Positions 1 to 9,310 of a stretch of 64,000 nt of DNA are shown here, piece after piece (the first letter of the stretch is position 1; every line of letters begins with the position of its first letter). This DNA comes from Candidatus Eiseniibacteriota bacterium (lineage in GTDB: Bacteria; Eisenbacteria; RBG-16-71-46; CAIMUX01; VGJL01), in assembly GCA_963792585.1 (NCBI GenBank), contig CAWBWI010000006.1, positions 256,001 through 320,000 of the forward strand. The letters run 5' to 3'. Under the pieces are notes generated by a model. The model was given only the letters and a program-made list of their open reading frames with translations, did not search any database and was not told the DNA's origin. A program made the position numbers and the translations under genes.

Positions 1-547
1 ACCGTCCCGCCCAGCCCGCCGTGTAGCGCCCGAGGCGCCCGATCTGGGTAGCGAGCAGCAATCCCCGCGATCCCGGAGTGGCCCCGACGTCTACCCAGGC
101 CTGCCCCTGGCTATCGAACCAGAGGATTGTATCGGGGAGAGGGGATGCCGACCGAATACCCCGCAGATCCACGAGCAGCGTGGCCGGGGTACCGAGGATC
201 AAGTCGGAGGGGAAGATCTCGCACTCCATCGATCCGCCGACCTTGACCGTCTTGATGGTGACGAACGTGCTCTTCGCAACCGCTCCCGCCGGGAAACAGA
301 TGGTGAAACGGCCGGTGCTGACGACGCCGCCGTAGTCGGCGGAGATCCAGCGGCTCACCCCCGTGCCGGGGCTGATCGCGCTTACGGTTCCGGAGAACGA
401 CCTCATCGTTTCCGCCTGCACGGCGTTGTCCGGAGCCCCGATCCCGCCGACAGCAGGGTCCGCGGGCTGCGTGATGTCGCCGGAGCATGACGCAAGAAGA
501 ACGAGACCGATGATCGACCCGCCTGCAATCCGCATGATGCGTTCCAC
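1..547 (-). CDS. Lipoprotein with ZU5-like beta domain (3' partial, absent from ORF track)
   Basis: Manual translation from GTG at 547 with GGAGG SD: MERIMRIAGGSIIGLVLLASC (lipobox) ... WISADYGGVVSTGRFTICFPAGAV...WFD...W. Open to the window edge. Confidence 0.7.
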   Translation of the reverse strand, partial: MERIMRIAGGSIIGLVLLASCSGDITQPADPAVGGIGAPDNAVQAETMRSFSGTVSAISPGTGVSRWISADYGGVVSTGRFTICFPAGAVAKSTFVTIKTVKVGGSMECEIFPSDLILGTPATLLVDLRGIRSASPLPDTILWFDSQGQAWVDVGATPGSRGLLLATQIGRLGRYTAGWAGR

Positions 548-588
548 GGTGCACCTCCCCCGCCTTCACCGGCGGCAGGTACCCTTGA

Positions 589-604
589 TGCAAGTCGGAT
601 GCCA
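589..604 (-). promoter_or_regulatory. Sigma54 (-24/-12) promoter
   Basis: Minus strand TGGCATCCGACTTGCA has exact GG-N10-GC spacing, about 40 nt upstream of the lipoprotein start. Confidence 0.7.
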
Positions 605-915
605 GCCGAGATGGCGCCACAATTGGCCGGAAAACAGGGGATTCTTGGAGCCCGCCCTGCGGCCTGCGCCGGAAATACCCCCCCTCAACGGGGCGGCGCC
701 CCCCCAGCGTCGGATGCCCCATGGGGTTGACGCGGGGTGGCCGAACTCGCGCAGCCTGGGGATCCGCGCCCGCGCGCGCGGCCGTCGCGTCGTGCGAAAT
801 CGCGATCGTCTTGCGGAATGCGTCGGCGATTCGATGGCCGCATGTCGCGGGCGACGACGCGCGCCGGAGCGCGAGCCAACTTCTCCAGGTGGTGGAGGAG
901 AGATGTGACGGCTCC

Positions 916-1293
916 TCAGCGCCTCCAGGCCCAGACGGCGAGGGTCGCCCACCCGCCGATGAAGGCGAGCCCGCCGAGGGGGGTGATCGCGCCGAGCCAG
1001 CGCGCGCCCGAAAGCGAGAGCAGATAGAGGCTCCCCGAGAAGATCACGATCCCGAAGACAAACAGCCACCCCGCCGCATCGATCCACGGAGAACGGGGCG
1101 CGCTCCCCCGCAAGAGCCCCACGATCAACAGGGCGACGGCATGATAGACCTGATAGCGCACACCGGTCTCGTAGATCGCAAGGATCTGCGGACCGAGTCG
1201 ATCCCGCAGCGCGTGGGCGCCGAACGCGCCGAGGACGACGGCGAGCGCCGCCCCAACGCACCCGATTCCGAAGAACAACCGGTCCGGATTCAT
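916..1293 (-). CDS. DUF423 (YgdD/TMEM256) membrane protein
   Basis: LGAFGAH, YETGVRYQVYHA, FSGSLY, LGAITPLGG motifs. Start MNPDR with AAGGAG SD. Confidence 0.9.
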   Translation of the reverse strand: MNPDRLFFGIGCVGAALAVVLGAFGAHALRDRLGPQILAIYETGVRYQVYHAVALLIVGLLRGSAPRSPWIDAAGWLFVFGIVIFSGSLYLLSLSGARWLGAITPLGGLAFIGGWATLAVWAWRR

Positions 1294-1483
1294 GGAAACT
1301 CCTTGGGATGCGGATTCCTCCGCGACTTCCCTTGTCCCTGCCGTGCGGACCCGGCGCACGTGACGACTCCCGCTCGGCCGCCCGCGCTCGGTGTCCTAGA
1401 CTCCACGAGTCCGCTCCTATCAGAATCGCCGATGACCCGATGGCCGGCAACGGCTCGATAGGCGGAGACGCCGGAACGGAACC

Positions 1484-2620
1484 CTATCTCGAAGGCGGAT
1501 CGCTCCCCTGCGCTTCGAGGGCGGCCGTGCGCTCCACGAGGCTCGCCAACTCGACCACGTCGGGGTCGGTTCGCAACTCCTCGGCAAGCTGGCGCACCAT
1601 CGGAACGATGTCGGCGATCCGGTGATTCGCGCTCCACGGGGAACGCCTCAGGATCTCTCCGAACTCCGCCACGGCCGCATCGAGCCGCAGCCTCGCCGGA
1701 GCGGTCGCGAAGAGGGGATGGAGATCCGTGGTCGCGAGCTGCGCGGTGAGCGGCTTCGCGGGCTCCTCGTCGGGGCGGGCGTGGTCGACCCGCACGTTCA
1801 GGATCCGTCCAGGCGTCCTGCGTTTGGACAGGCGAACCTCGTACAAAGCGGTCACCTGGTGACCGGCGACGATCGTCCGGCCGTCCCGACGACCGTCCCC
1901 CGCCGCAAGTCTGGTGTCGAAGCCGAGCAGCCGGTGCGCGACCACGACCCGCGGGTCGAACGAGACGCGGACGCGCGCGTTGCGCGCGATCACCGCACCC
2001 GAGTCGGCCGCCCCACCGCGAGCGCGCAGGCCGACGCGCACGAGCTGGCAATCGTCCCCGAACGGTGAGGGGGCGCCGTCGAGGAAGATTCCAAAATCCT
2101 CTCCCCTGACCTCGGGATAGCCTTGGCGGAACGCGTTGACGAACTCCTCCACCCGAACGACATCGGGCGGCGGCCACGCGCCCTTCTCGATGTACTTCCG
2201 GGTGATCGCATAGCCGGCCTCATCGACATCGAAGGCGAATGTCGAGAGAGAGTCCTTCTTGGTTTCCGCGAACGCCTGCGCCCCTCCGGGCGCACGGTAG
2301 ACGATTCGATCGCTGCCGGGGCGGGCGCCGACGTCGATCTGACCCGCCGAGGCCGGGCCCGAAGGGATCGCGATCTTCCCGTAGGGAACGATCTCCACCG
2401 ATTTCTCACGCTCCCGTCTCTCCCGAACTTCCTTTCGTTCGGTGATCATGACCGCGGCCACCGCCACGACGACCACCGCGAGAGAGAAGGAGACCGTCCA
2501 GCGCCGGACCGTGGTCTCGCGGCGCGCCTGCGCCGCTCCGGGCCGCAGCTGTTCCCACAACCGTCTCCGCTCGGCCGGCGACAGGCGATCCTGGTGTCGG
2601 TCCAACTGGTCTTTCATCAT
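1484..2620 (-). CDS. Membrane-anchored anti-sigma-like YfbK-family protein (vWF_A + DUF3520 domains, no VWA core)
   Basis: Start MMKDQ overlaps the ECF stop. One TM helix. STFAFDVD...VRVEEFVNAF (vWF_A) followed by IARNARVRVSFDP...GHQVTALYEV...AAVAEFGEILR (DUF3520). Confidence 0.75.
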   Translation of the reverse strand: MMKDQLDRHQDRLSPAERRRLWEQLRPGAAQARRETTVRRWTVSFSLAVVVVAVAAVMITERKEVRERREREKSVEIVPYGKIAIPSGPASAGQIDVGARPGSDRIVYRAPGGAQAFAETKKDSLSTFAFDVDEAGYAITRKYIEKGAWPPPDVVRVEEFVNAFRQGYPEVRGEDFGIFLDGAPSPFGDDCQLVRVGLRARGGAADSGAVIARNARVRVSFDPRVVVAHRLLGFDTRLAAGDGRRDGRTIVAGHQVTALYEVRLSKRRTPGRILNVRVDHARPDEEPAKPLTAQLATTDLHPLFATAPARLRLDAAVAEFGEILRRSPWSANHRIADIVPMVRQLAEELRTDPDVVELASLVERTAALEAQGSDPPSR

Positions 2621-3204
2621 CCCGGTCCCTCCGCCAGCTCGGCGCGGAACATCGGCTGCTCGCCGAGCAGCTTGCGCATCCGCGCGCGGGCCCGCGTGTG
2701 GTGGACACGCGCCGTCGATTCGTTGCAGCCCAATGCGCCGGCGATTTCGCGGAAGCTCCAACCCTCCCACTCGCGCAGCAAGAGGGCGGCCCGTTGCATC
2801 GACGAGAGGGATCGAAGCGCGGAATCGAGCACCGCGCGCTCGGCATCGCCGTGGATCTCCGCCGCCGGTGGATCGACTCTCGCGGTCGTCTCCGCGAGCG
2901 CCACCGTCCGCTTCAGCCTCCTCAGCGTCGTTCGCTTCCAATCGATCGCCTTGCGCAAGGCGATCCTCCGCAGCCAGACCTCGATCGGCGCATCTCCGCG
3001 ATAGGCCGACAGCCGCCGGAAGGCGCCGAGGTAAGTCTCTTGAAGCAGATCCAGGGCCTCTTCCCGGTTCCCGACCTGAAAGCGGAGGAGCGCGAAGAGC
3101 CGGTCGGAGGTGCGTTCGAAGATCTCCCGCCAGGCCGGCTCGTCCCCCGCCGCCGCCCGCCGCGCAAGCTCCCGATCCGCCGTGCAATCGACCTGTTCCG
3201 GCAC
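2617..3204 (-). CDS. ECF sigma factor
   Basis: DRELARRAAAGDEPAWREIF, EALDLLQETY, WLRRIA and region 4 EGWSFREIAGALG. Confidence 0.92.
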   Translation of the reverse strand: MPEQVDCTADRELARRAAAGDEPAWREIFERTSDRLFALLRFQVGNREEALDLLQETYLGAFRRLSAYRGDAPIEVWLRRIALRKAIDWKRTTLRRLKRTVALAETTARVDPPAAEIHGDAERAVLDSALRSLSSMQRAALLLREWEGWSFREIAGALGCNESTARVHHTRARARMRKLLGEQPMFRAELAEGPG

Positions 3205-3228
3205 CGACGTACCCCGCCTTTGATCCTG

Positions 3229-3258
3229 AGGACGCGTGAAGGCAACGATTCGCTTACA
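3229..3258 (-). promoter_or_regulatory. Putative ECF promoter (autoregulatory)
   Basis: TGTAAGCGAATCG-N9-CGCGTCCT. The same motif recurs divergently at 3393-3421. Confidence 0.5.
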
Positions 3259-3392
3259 TCGATCCTACCCCGGCCCGGGGATCGACGCGCCCAGGATGTG
3301 GCCCGACCGCCATCCCGAGGTCGTCTCGACGTCGTCCAGGGCGCCGACCCAACGCCGTCCAGCGCGATTCTCATCGAACCCCACAGATCGCC

Positions 3393-3421
3393 TGTAGCGA
3401 ATCGAGCGACGCGCGCGTCCT
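3393..3421 (+). promoter_or_regulatory. Putative ECF promoter for tonB
   Basis: TGTAGCGAATCG-N9-CGCGTCCT, 27 nt upstream of the tonB ATG. Confidence 0.5.
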
Positions 3422-3448
3422 TGGTTTTGAACCGAGAGGAGGTGCCCC

Positions 3449-4210
3449 ATGAAACTGAGGAATCCAAACGCGGCGGCTCTCGCGTTTACGCATGCGCCGC
3501 ACCTGCCGATCGTCGGCGACCTGCACCCGCTCCGCGCGCAGTACCATCCCATGCTCTACCGGGCGCTCGGCTTCGCCCTCTTCGTCCACCTTGCGGTCTT
3601 CAGCGGGATTCTGCTCGCATCGCTCCGTCGTCCGCTCCCGCCTCCGGAGCGGACGATCGTGGTGCATTGGGAGCGTTTCCTGCCGCCCGCTCCCATCGAC
3701 ATTGGAAGAACCGCCCGGCAATCGATCAATCCGGTCCCCTCGGTGACAAAACTGGAATTCGCGGCGCCGGAATTTGTGCCCGACTTCCGCGTCGATCCGG
3801 GTGTCACCTTCGGCGGCCCCGAGGATCTTCCTCTCAACCCGCTCGATCCGGGCGCCGGCGGCGGCGATGGGGACGTCCAGATCGTGGTCGATATCCCGGC
3901 CGCCCTGCCCACGGGGAACTTGACGCCCACGACCATCGAGCGCAGCGAGGAGATGCCGGTTCTGATCAGCATGCCCGCCCCGACATATCCGGATCTTGCC
4001 CGACAGGCCGGAGTGGAGGGGACCGTGACGCTTCGCGCGCTCGTCGGCAAGGACGGAAAGGTCCTCGAGATCTTCGTCGTCGAAGGAATCGAGATGCTCG
4101 ACAAGGCGGCGATGGAGGCGGCGCGCGCGGCGGTGTTCAAGCCCGCGCTCCAGCAGCACAAGCCGGTGGCCGTCTGGGTCCTGATCCCGATGCAGTTCAC
4201 GCTCCACTGA
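3449..4210 (+). CDS. tonB: Energy transducer TonB
   Basis: N-terminal TM helix with His, Pro-rich linker, C-terminal PTYPDLARQAGVEGTV...FKPA...PV TonB_C domain. Confidence 0.9.
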   Translation: MKLRNPNAAALAFTHAPHLPIVGDLHPLRAQYHPMLYRALGFALFVHLAVFSGILLASLRRPLPPPERTIVVHWERFLPPAPIDIGRTARQSINPVPSVTKLEFAAPEFVPDFRVDPGVTFGGPEDLPLNPLDPGAGGGDGDVQIVVDIPAALPTGNLTPTTIERSEEMPVLISMPAPTYPDLARQAGVEGTVTLRALVGKDGKVLEIFVVEGIEMLDKAAMEAARAAVFKPALQQHKPVAVWVLIPMQFTLH

Positions 4211-4328
4211 TCGCGCGGCCGGGGAAGCAACCGGGTCCCCGGCCGAACTTCTCCTGGAACCCGCTCGATTCACCTTGCTAGCATCCCCTTCTGGAGTCGG
4301 CATACACGAGGGGGGCACCAACACGACC

Positions 4329-6542
4329 ATGCGGCACACCCTTCTGCGAATCCTGCTTTTCTCGCTCTTGGCCTGCGCCCCCGCGACCGCCGCTACCGTG
4401 AGCGGTTTTGTTCGCGGCGCGGACAACGGCGAGGCCCTCGCATACGCCAACATATGGATTGTGGGTACGAATTCCGGCGCGGTGACCAACCAGAAGGGCT
4501 TCTACGTCATCACGGGCATCGCCCCCGGATCCTACAAGATCACCTTCACCTACATCGGTTACCGACCCGAGACCCGTCCCCTCTCGATCGTCTCGAACGA
4601 CGAGATCACCCTCACGATCGAGATGCAGCCGCAAGCGGTCCAGATGGAGGCGGTGGAGATCCAGGCTGACAAGAATGAGGTGACGATCGAACCGAGCCGC
4701 CTGTCGATGCAGACGCGCCAGCTCACCAAGGTTCCGACCATCGCGGAAGTCGACCTGTTTCGAGCGGTGCAGACGCTGCCCGGGGTGAGCACGCTCTCCG
4801 ACTTCTCGGCGGGCCTCTACGTGCGCGGTGGAAGCCCCGATCAGAACCTGATCCTCCTGGACGACATCGACGTCTACAACCCGAGCCACCTCTTCGGCTT
4901 CTTCAGCACCTTCAACGTCGATGCGGTCAAGACGGTCGACCTGCAGAAATCCGGATATCCGGCCCGCTACGGCGGCCGTCTTTCCTCGCTCCTCGATGTC
5001 CACAACCGGGACGGGAACCGCAAGGAATTCCAGGGAGTGGTCCGATCGAGCATCATCGCGTCGAGCGCGACGCTCGAGGGGCCGTGGAACCGCGGATCGT
5101 GGATGGTCTCCGGCCGGCACACGTACATCGAACCGCTCGCCCGGAGCTTCGGCATCGACCTTCCCTACAAGTTCTATGACGTGCACGGGAAGTTCAATTA
5201 CGACGCCGGCGTGAACGACCGTACGAGCCTCAGCTACTACACGGGGAAGGACCGGCTCGACTGGGAGCAGTCCGGGCTGGACATCATCCTCGACTGGGGA
5301 AACGACACCTGGAGCGCGCAGTGGACGCATATTTTCGACACGCGGACATTCAGCCATTTCGTGATCGGTCACAGCAACTTCGACTCCCACGCGGAGTTCG
5401 CCTTCCAGGACTTCGCCTTCAAGACGAACAACCGAATCGACGATCTCTCCTTCAAAGGAAACCTCTCGCATGCCCCTTCCGCGGAACACCTGATCGAGTT
5501 CGGGGCGGAGTCGAAGCTCCTCGACTTCCGCTTCCGCCGCGAGGCGGGCGAGGAAGACCAGCTGACCTTCACGTACGACGGTTTCTACGGCGCCTTCTAC
5601 GCGCAGGACAGCTGGAAGCTTTCCCCCGCCTGGCAACTGCAGGGCGGCCTTCGGCTCGACTACTACTCCAAGGGGGAATACTTCCGGCTCGGGCCGCGCC
5701 TTTCCGCGCGCCGGCGCCTGAGGGAACTCGCATCGGTTCATGCAGCCTACGGCCGCTACAGCCAGTTCCTGAACCTCGTCGCGCAGGAAGGGGCGAGCTT
5801 CGCCGACATGTGGTTCCCGGTCGACAAGACGCTCGCTCCGGGAGGAGCGGATCACTACATCTTGGGCCTCGAACTCGGGCCGTACGAGCAATTCGACCTT
5901 TCGATCGAGGGCTACTACAAGCCGTACCGGAACATGGTCGAGTTCAGCGAGGAGTTCACGCGTTCCCTCATCACACCGGACGCCACCGTCGGAGAGCTGT
6001 TCAACTCGGGAACCGGCCGCGCCTACGGGCTCGATATCTACCTGCGAAACCAGATGAAGCGAGCCGACGGATGGATCGGATACGCCTTCGGCTCCACACG
6101 CAGGAAGATCCGAGGGTACAACTTCGACCGCACCTACTACCCGGACTACGATCGTCGGCACCAGTTCGTCGCCATGCAGGACTTCCCCCTTGGGTCGCGC
6201 TGGAAATGGAATCTGGCATTTCGATACGGAACCGGACAGCCGACCACGCTGGCGGCGGGGCGTTACACGGTTCGAGATATCAATGGGCGCCTCTACGACG
6301 TCGTCCTGGACGGCGACAAGAACTCGACCCGGCTTCCCGATTACGTCCGGATCGATCTGGGCCTCTCCTATCATCGTCCGTTCCGGGGCTGGAGCATCGA
6401 GCCGAACCTGCAGATCATCAACATCCTCAATCGGAAGAACGTCTACATCCGCGCCTACGACCTGACGAAGAACCCGGCCGAGTTCGATGACATCAACCAA
6501 CTCCCGTTCCTGCCGACCCTCGGCATCAACGTGCACTTCTAG
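4329..6542 (+). CDS. TonB-dependent receptor
   Basis: Signal peptide, carboxypeptidase-regulatory-like domain, plug LPGV...VRGGSPDQNL...YGGRLSS, C-terminal Phe. Confidence 0.92.
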   Translation: MRHTLLRILLFSLLACAPATAATVSGFVRGADNGEALAYANIWIVGTNSGAVTNQKGFYVITGIAPGSYKITFTYIGYRPETRPLSIVSNDEITLTIEMQPQAVQMEAVEIQADKNEVTIEPSRLSMQTRQLTKVPTIAEVDLFRAVQTLPGVSTLSDFSAGLYVRGGSPDQNLILLDDIDVYNPSHLFGFFSTFNVDAVKTVDLQKSGYPARYGGRLSSLLDVHNRDGNRKEFQGVVRSSIIASSATLEGPWNRGSWMVSGRHTYIEPLARSFGIDLPYKFYDVHGKFNYDAGVNDRTSLSYYTGKDRLDWEQSGLDIILDWGNDTWSAQWTHIFDTRTFSHFVIGHSNFDSHAEFAFQDFAFKTNNRIDDLSFKGNLSHAPSAEHLIEFGAESKLLDFRFRREAGEEDQLTFTYDGFYGAFYAQDSWKLSPAWQLQGGLRLDYYSKGEYFRLGPRLSARRRLRELASVHAAYGRYSQFLNLVAQEGASFADMWFPVDKTLAPGGADHYILGLELGPYEQFDLSIEGYYKPYRNMVEFSEEFTRSLITPDATVGELFNSGTGRAYGLDIYLRNQMKRADGWIGYAFGSTRRKIRGYNFDRTYYPDYDRRHQFVAMQDFPLGSRWKWNLAFRYGTGQPTTLAAGRYTVRDINGRLYDVVLDGDKNSTRLPDYVRIDLGLSYHRPFRGWSIEPNLQIINILNRKNVYIRAYDLTKNPAEFDDINQLPFLPTLGINVHF

Positions 6543-6552
6543 GGAGGGCGCC

Positions 6553-7419
6553 ATGCGAATCGACAATGGACCGAAACTCGCCGCCCTCCTTTTTGCGATG
6601 GCGATCACGCTGAGCGGTTGCGGCGGGAACTCGACCCGTCCCAAGCAGCGGGACGAGGTCGCCCTGTTCGGCTACCTCTACGTGGGCGAATCGATCGTCG
6701 ACAGCAACGCCGTCTATCTCACCCGCACGGCGGGAATTGATCAGTACTACGACCGGGAGGACGCGGCGGTGACGGGAGCCACGGTCAGCCTACGGAACGA
6801 GGCGAACGGGGCCGTCGACACGCTCCGGATGGTCGGCCCCGGACTGTATGCGAATCCGGCGGTGACGATTCTCCCACGCACCACCTACACACTGACCGCG
6901 GAAGTCGGCGGCGGAAAGGTGATCACGGCGATCACGACCACCCCACCTCCGTTCGAGATCATCGCGGCGCCGCGGGAGATCCCCGGCGAGATGGAGCAGG
7001 CGTCCATCCCCGATTCGTTCCCGATCATTCTCCAATGCGACGATCCGGAGCAGATCTTGATCGTCGACGTCTATTGCCTGGAGGATTGGCGCGATGCGAT
7101 TTCGATCCACCCGTTCGGAGACGATGACAGGCCGAACGACTACCAGGAATACGGAGGGGACGACGGCGAGCCTCGACACATCTTCGCCTATTTTCGCGCC
7201 AAGGACATCGACCACGAGGGGGATGCCTACCGGATCAGTTTCTACGGCGACATGATGTGGTTCTACGGGCGCCAGCAGGTCGGGGTCTTCGCGATCGATG
7301 CGAACTACTACAACTACGTCTACCGGGATCATCCGGAACTCAACGGCGGGGTCACCGGCGGCATCGGCGTCTTCGGCTCCGCGTGCCGCCGCCAGTACCT
7401 CGTGAGGGCGGTGAGGTAG
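6553..7419 (+). CDS. DUF4249-like lipoprotein partner of the TBDR
   Basis: Lipobox LSGC. C-terminal NYYNY...GGVTGGIGVFGS. Directly follows the TBDR. Confidence 0.7.
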   Translation: MRIDNGPKLAALLFAMAITLSGCGGNSTRPKQRDEVALFGYLYVGESIVDSNAVYLTRTAGIDQYYDREDAAVTGATVSLRNEANGAVDTLRMVGPGLYANPAVTILPRTTYTLTAEVGGGKVITAITTTPPPFEIIAAPREIPGEMEQASIPDSFPIILQCDDPEQILIVDVYCLEDWRDAISIHPFGDDDRPNDYQEYGGDDGEPRHIFAYFRAKDIDHEGDAYRISFYGDMMWFYGRQQVGVFAIDANYYNYVYRDHPELNGGVTGGIGVFGSACRRQYLVRAVR

Positions 7420-7435
7420 GCGACTGCCTTGCGAC

Positions 7436-7470
7436 AACGACCGGTCCCGCCAAAGCGGGCCCGGTCGTTT
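7436..7470. terminator. Hairpin terminator between convergent genes
   Basis: AACGACCGGtCCCGC-caaa-GCGGGcCCGGTCGTT. Confidence 0.7.
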
Positions 7471-7498
7471 CCTTCATATCCCTGCAAGCAGCCGCAGT

Positions 7499-9169
7499 CT
7501 ATTCCACGCGCACCCACCGGGTGACGGCCGAGCCGTCATCGGCATGAACCCGCACGAAGTAGACCCCGGCCGGAGTCATACGGCCTCGGTCGTCCCGGCC
7601 GTCCCAGGCGATCGACCGGGTCCCGGGGAGGAATGCGCCGTCGGCGAGGCGCCGGACCACGCGGCCGGAAGGATCGATGATCGCGACCGTCACGTTCTGT
7701 GCGCGGGAGAGCTCCAGGCGCACCGCTCCGCCCAAACGCGTCGGATTCGGCTCGGCAGGATGGAGCGTTAGCGAGCCGGCGAGTTCTCCCTCCGCGACGC
7801 CGGCGGGGATGGCCTCGGTCGCATACTGATAGCTCGTCGCGCTGCTCGGCGTCGTCTTGCCGACGACGAGGACGACCTGATCGTAGGTCTCCCCGAAATC
7901 GAACAGGTTGTAGGTGCCTATGTCCGTCGCGTCGAGCGCAACTTCCGCGACCGCCACCGTGGTCGTCCCACTACGCACGATCACCCGCGGACGCCAGATG
8001 CCGACATCGGCGCCGTCGAAGCGCAACCGCTGCGGGATCCCATTGATGAACTTGATGTAGTCGGCCCCATAGCGGACCACGGCACCGTTCGTCGGCGGAA
8101 CCGGGTATGTGTTCTTCGTGACCGAGGTGAAGGCCGGCAGCGTCTCACCGAAGTAGCCGTATCGGCCCCCTTCGAAGGTCGTGTCATCGATGAAGTTGGC
8201 GACGGTCCAGTCGGAGTAGACATCGACGAAGGTCTGGGGGGCGCCGAGCCACGCCAGCGTGTTGTTGATGGCGGGGATGCCGTTCGCGGCATCCTGCACC
8301 AGATGATAGATCCCCGCCTCGCCTGCATAGTGCTCGTAGAAGTAGAGACTCCACAGATAGACCTTCACGTAATCGTTGAATATTCCGGTGAAGCTTGTCA
8401 GGTCGTTGTCCGGATTGCCGGGGAAACCCACGATCTGGTCCGGGTGGCCGAAGTAGTACATCGCCAGCTCGGCGATCCCCTCGTCGGCCCATCCGTCCTC
8501 GTCGCCGTCGGCGTTCCAGTTGATCATGTGCTCGAATTCGTGCGCCATGACCGAGATCATGTACGTTCCGCCCGGATCGCTCCCGCTCGAGTTCATGTAC
8601 AGGACCTCGCACTCGTTCGACTCGTACGGCTGGGTGCCGTCGGGATACTCGTCGAAGGCCCAGAAGAACCCGTCGGCCGAGATGTCGAAGTCGTACAAGA
8701 GGACGTAGATTTTCGGGTCGTTGTCCAGCATGTCGGGCGCCGGTCCGAAGCCCATCGTGTCGAGGTCGTAGATCCCGCGGTCCGGGTGGATCCCCTGGCT
8801 CGTGAGGTCCCAGGCCTGAACGATGGCGTCGACGTCCGCCTGATTGACGAGCGTGTTCCACTGCGAGTCCTCGACAACCACGTAGACATGCGTGCCCTCG
8901 CCCCGAACCGTGCACATCTTCAGTTCCGGCGTGGGAGGACCGGCCAGATGCCACGTGTACCAGAGCCATGAATCACCGACATCGGGGTCGCTCGGCGGGG
9001 TCATCGGGTGACTCCCGCGGTGCGCCGGGACCAACTCACCCGGCGGGACCGGGCGGATCAAGGATCGATACGCACTCAGTTCGGGGGTCATGCAGCGAAC
9101 CGCGGCCCCCACATCTCCGGCGAGTCCGCCCAGGAGAAGGAAGGCGGCGAGAATCCAGATTCTCCTCAA
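7499..9169 (-). CDS. Secreted zinc metallopeptidase with C-terminal FlgD Ig-like domain
   Basis: Signal peptide, HEFEH...EGIAE zinc motif, C-terminal EPNP...GRVVRRL...WDGRDDRG...GVYF. Confidence 0.85.
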   Translation of the reverse strand: MRRIWILAAFLLLGGLAGDVGAAVRCMTPELSAYRSLIRPVPPGELVPAHRGSHPMTPPSDPDVGDSWLWYTWHLAGPPTPELKMCTVRGEGTHVYVVVEDSQWNTLVNQADVDAIVQAWDLTSQGIHPDRGIYDLDTMGFGPAPDMLDNDPKIYVLLYDFDISADGFFWAFDEYPDGTQPYESNECEVLYMNSSGSDPGGTYMISVMAHEFEHMINWNADGDEDGWADEGIAELAMYYFGHPDQIVGFPGNPDNDLTSFTGIFNDYVKVYLWSLYFYEHYAGEAGIYHLVQDAANGIPAINNTLAWLGAPQTFVDVYSDWTVANFIDDTTFEGGRYGYFGETLPAFTSVTKNTYPVPPTNGAVVRYGADYIKFINGIPQRLRFDGADVGIWRPRVIVRSGTTTVAVAEVALDATDIGTYNLFDFGETYDQVVLVVGKTTPSSATSYQYATEAIPAGVAEGELAGSLTLHPAEPNPTRLGGAVRLELSRAQNVTVAIIDPSGRVVRRLADGAFLPGTRSIAWDGRDDRGRMTPAGVYFVRVHADDGSAVTRWVRVE

Positions 9170-9221
9170 CGGTAACCTCCTGTTGCAGCGCTGAGCATTG
9201 GGATCGTGCGGCCAACGATCA

Positions 9222-9230
9222 ATTATAGCA
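9222..9230 (-). promoter_or_regulatory. Extended -10 sigma70 promoter
   Basis: TGcTATAAT about 50 nt upstream of the peptidase start. Confidence 0.55.
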
Positions 9231-9310
9231 CATGGGCGGGAAATCCCCCCGGTGCCGTGCTACCTTGGGGACCTGTGACTGGAATCACCCCTATCGGCAA
9301 CCGCCGGCTC

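Noticed and set aside
1290..1406. 38-aa ORF with AGGAG SD overlapping the DUF423 start
   Set aside because: No recognisable features and cannot be separated from chance.
2621..3187. N-terminal extension of ORF 1484..3187
   Set aside because: Off-frame overlap with the ECF gene. The real start is MMKDQ at 2620.
2698..6644. Long antisense ORFs such as 4278..6644 and 2698..4281
   Set aside because: High-GC shadow frames of well-supported genes.
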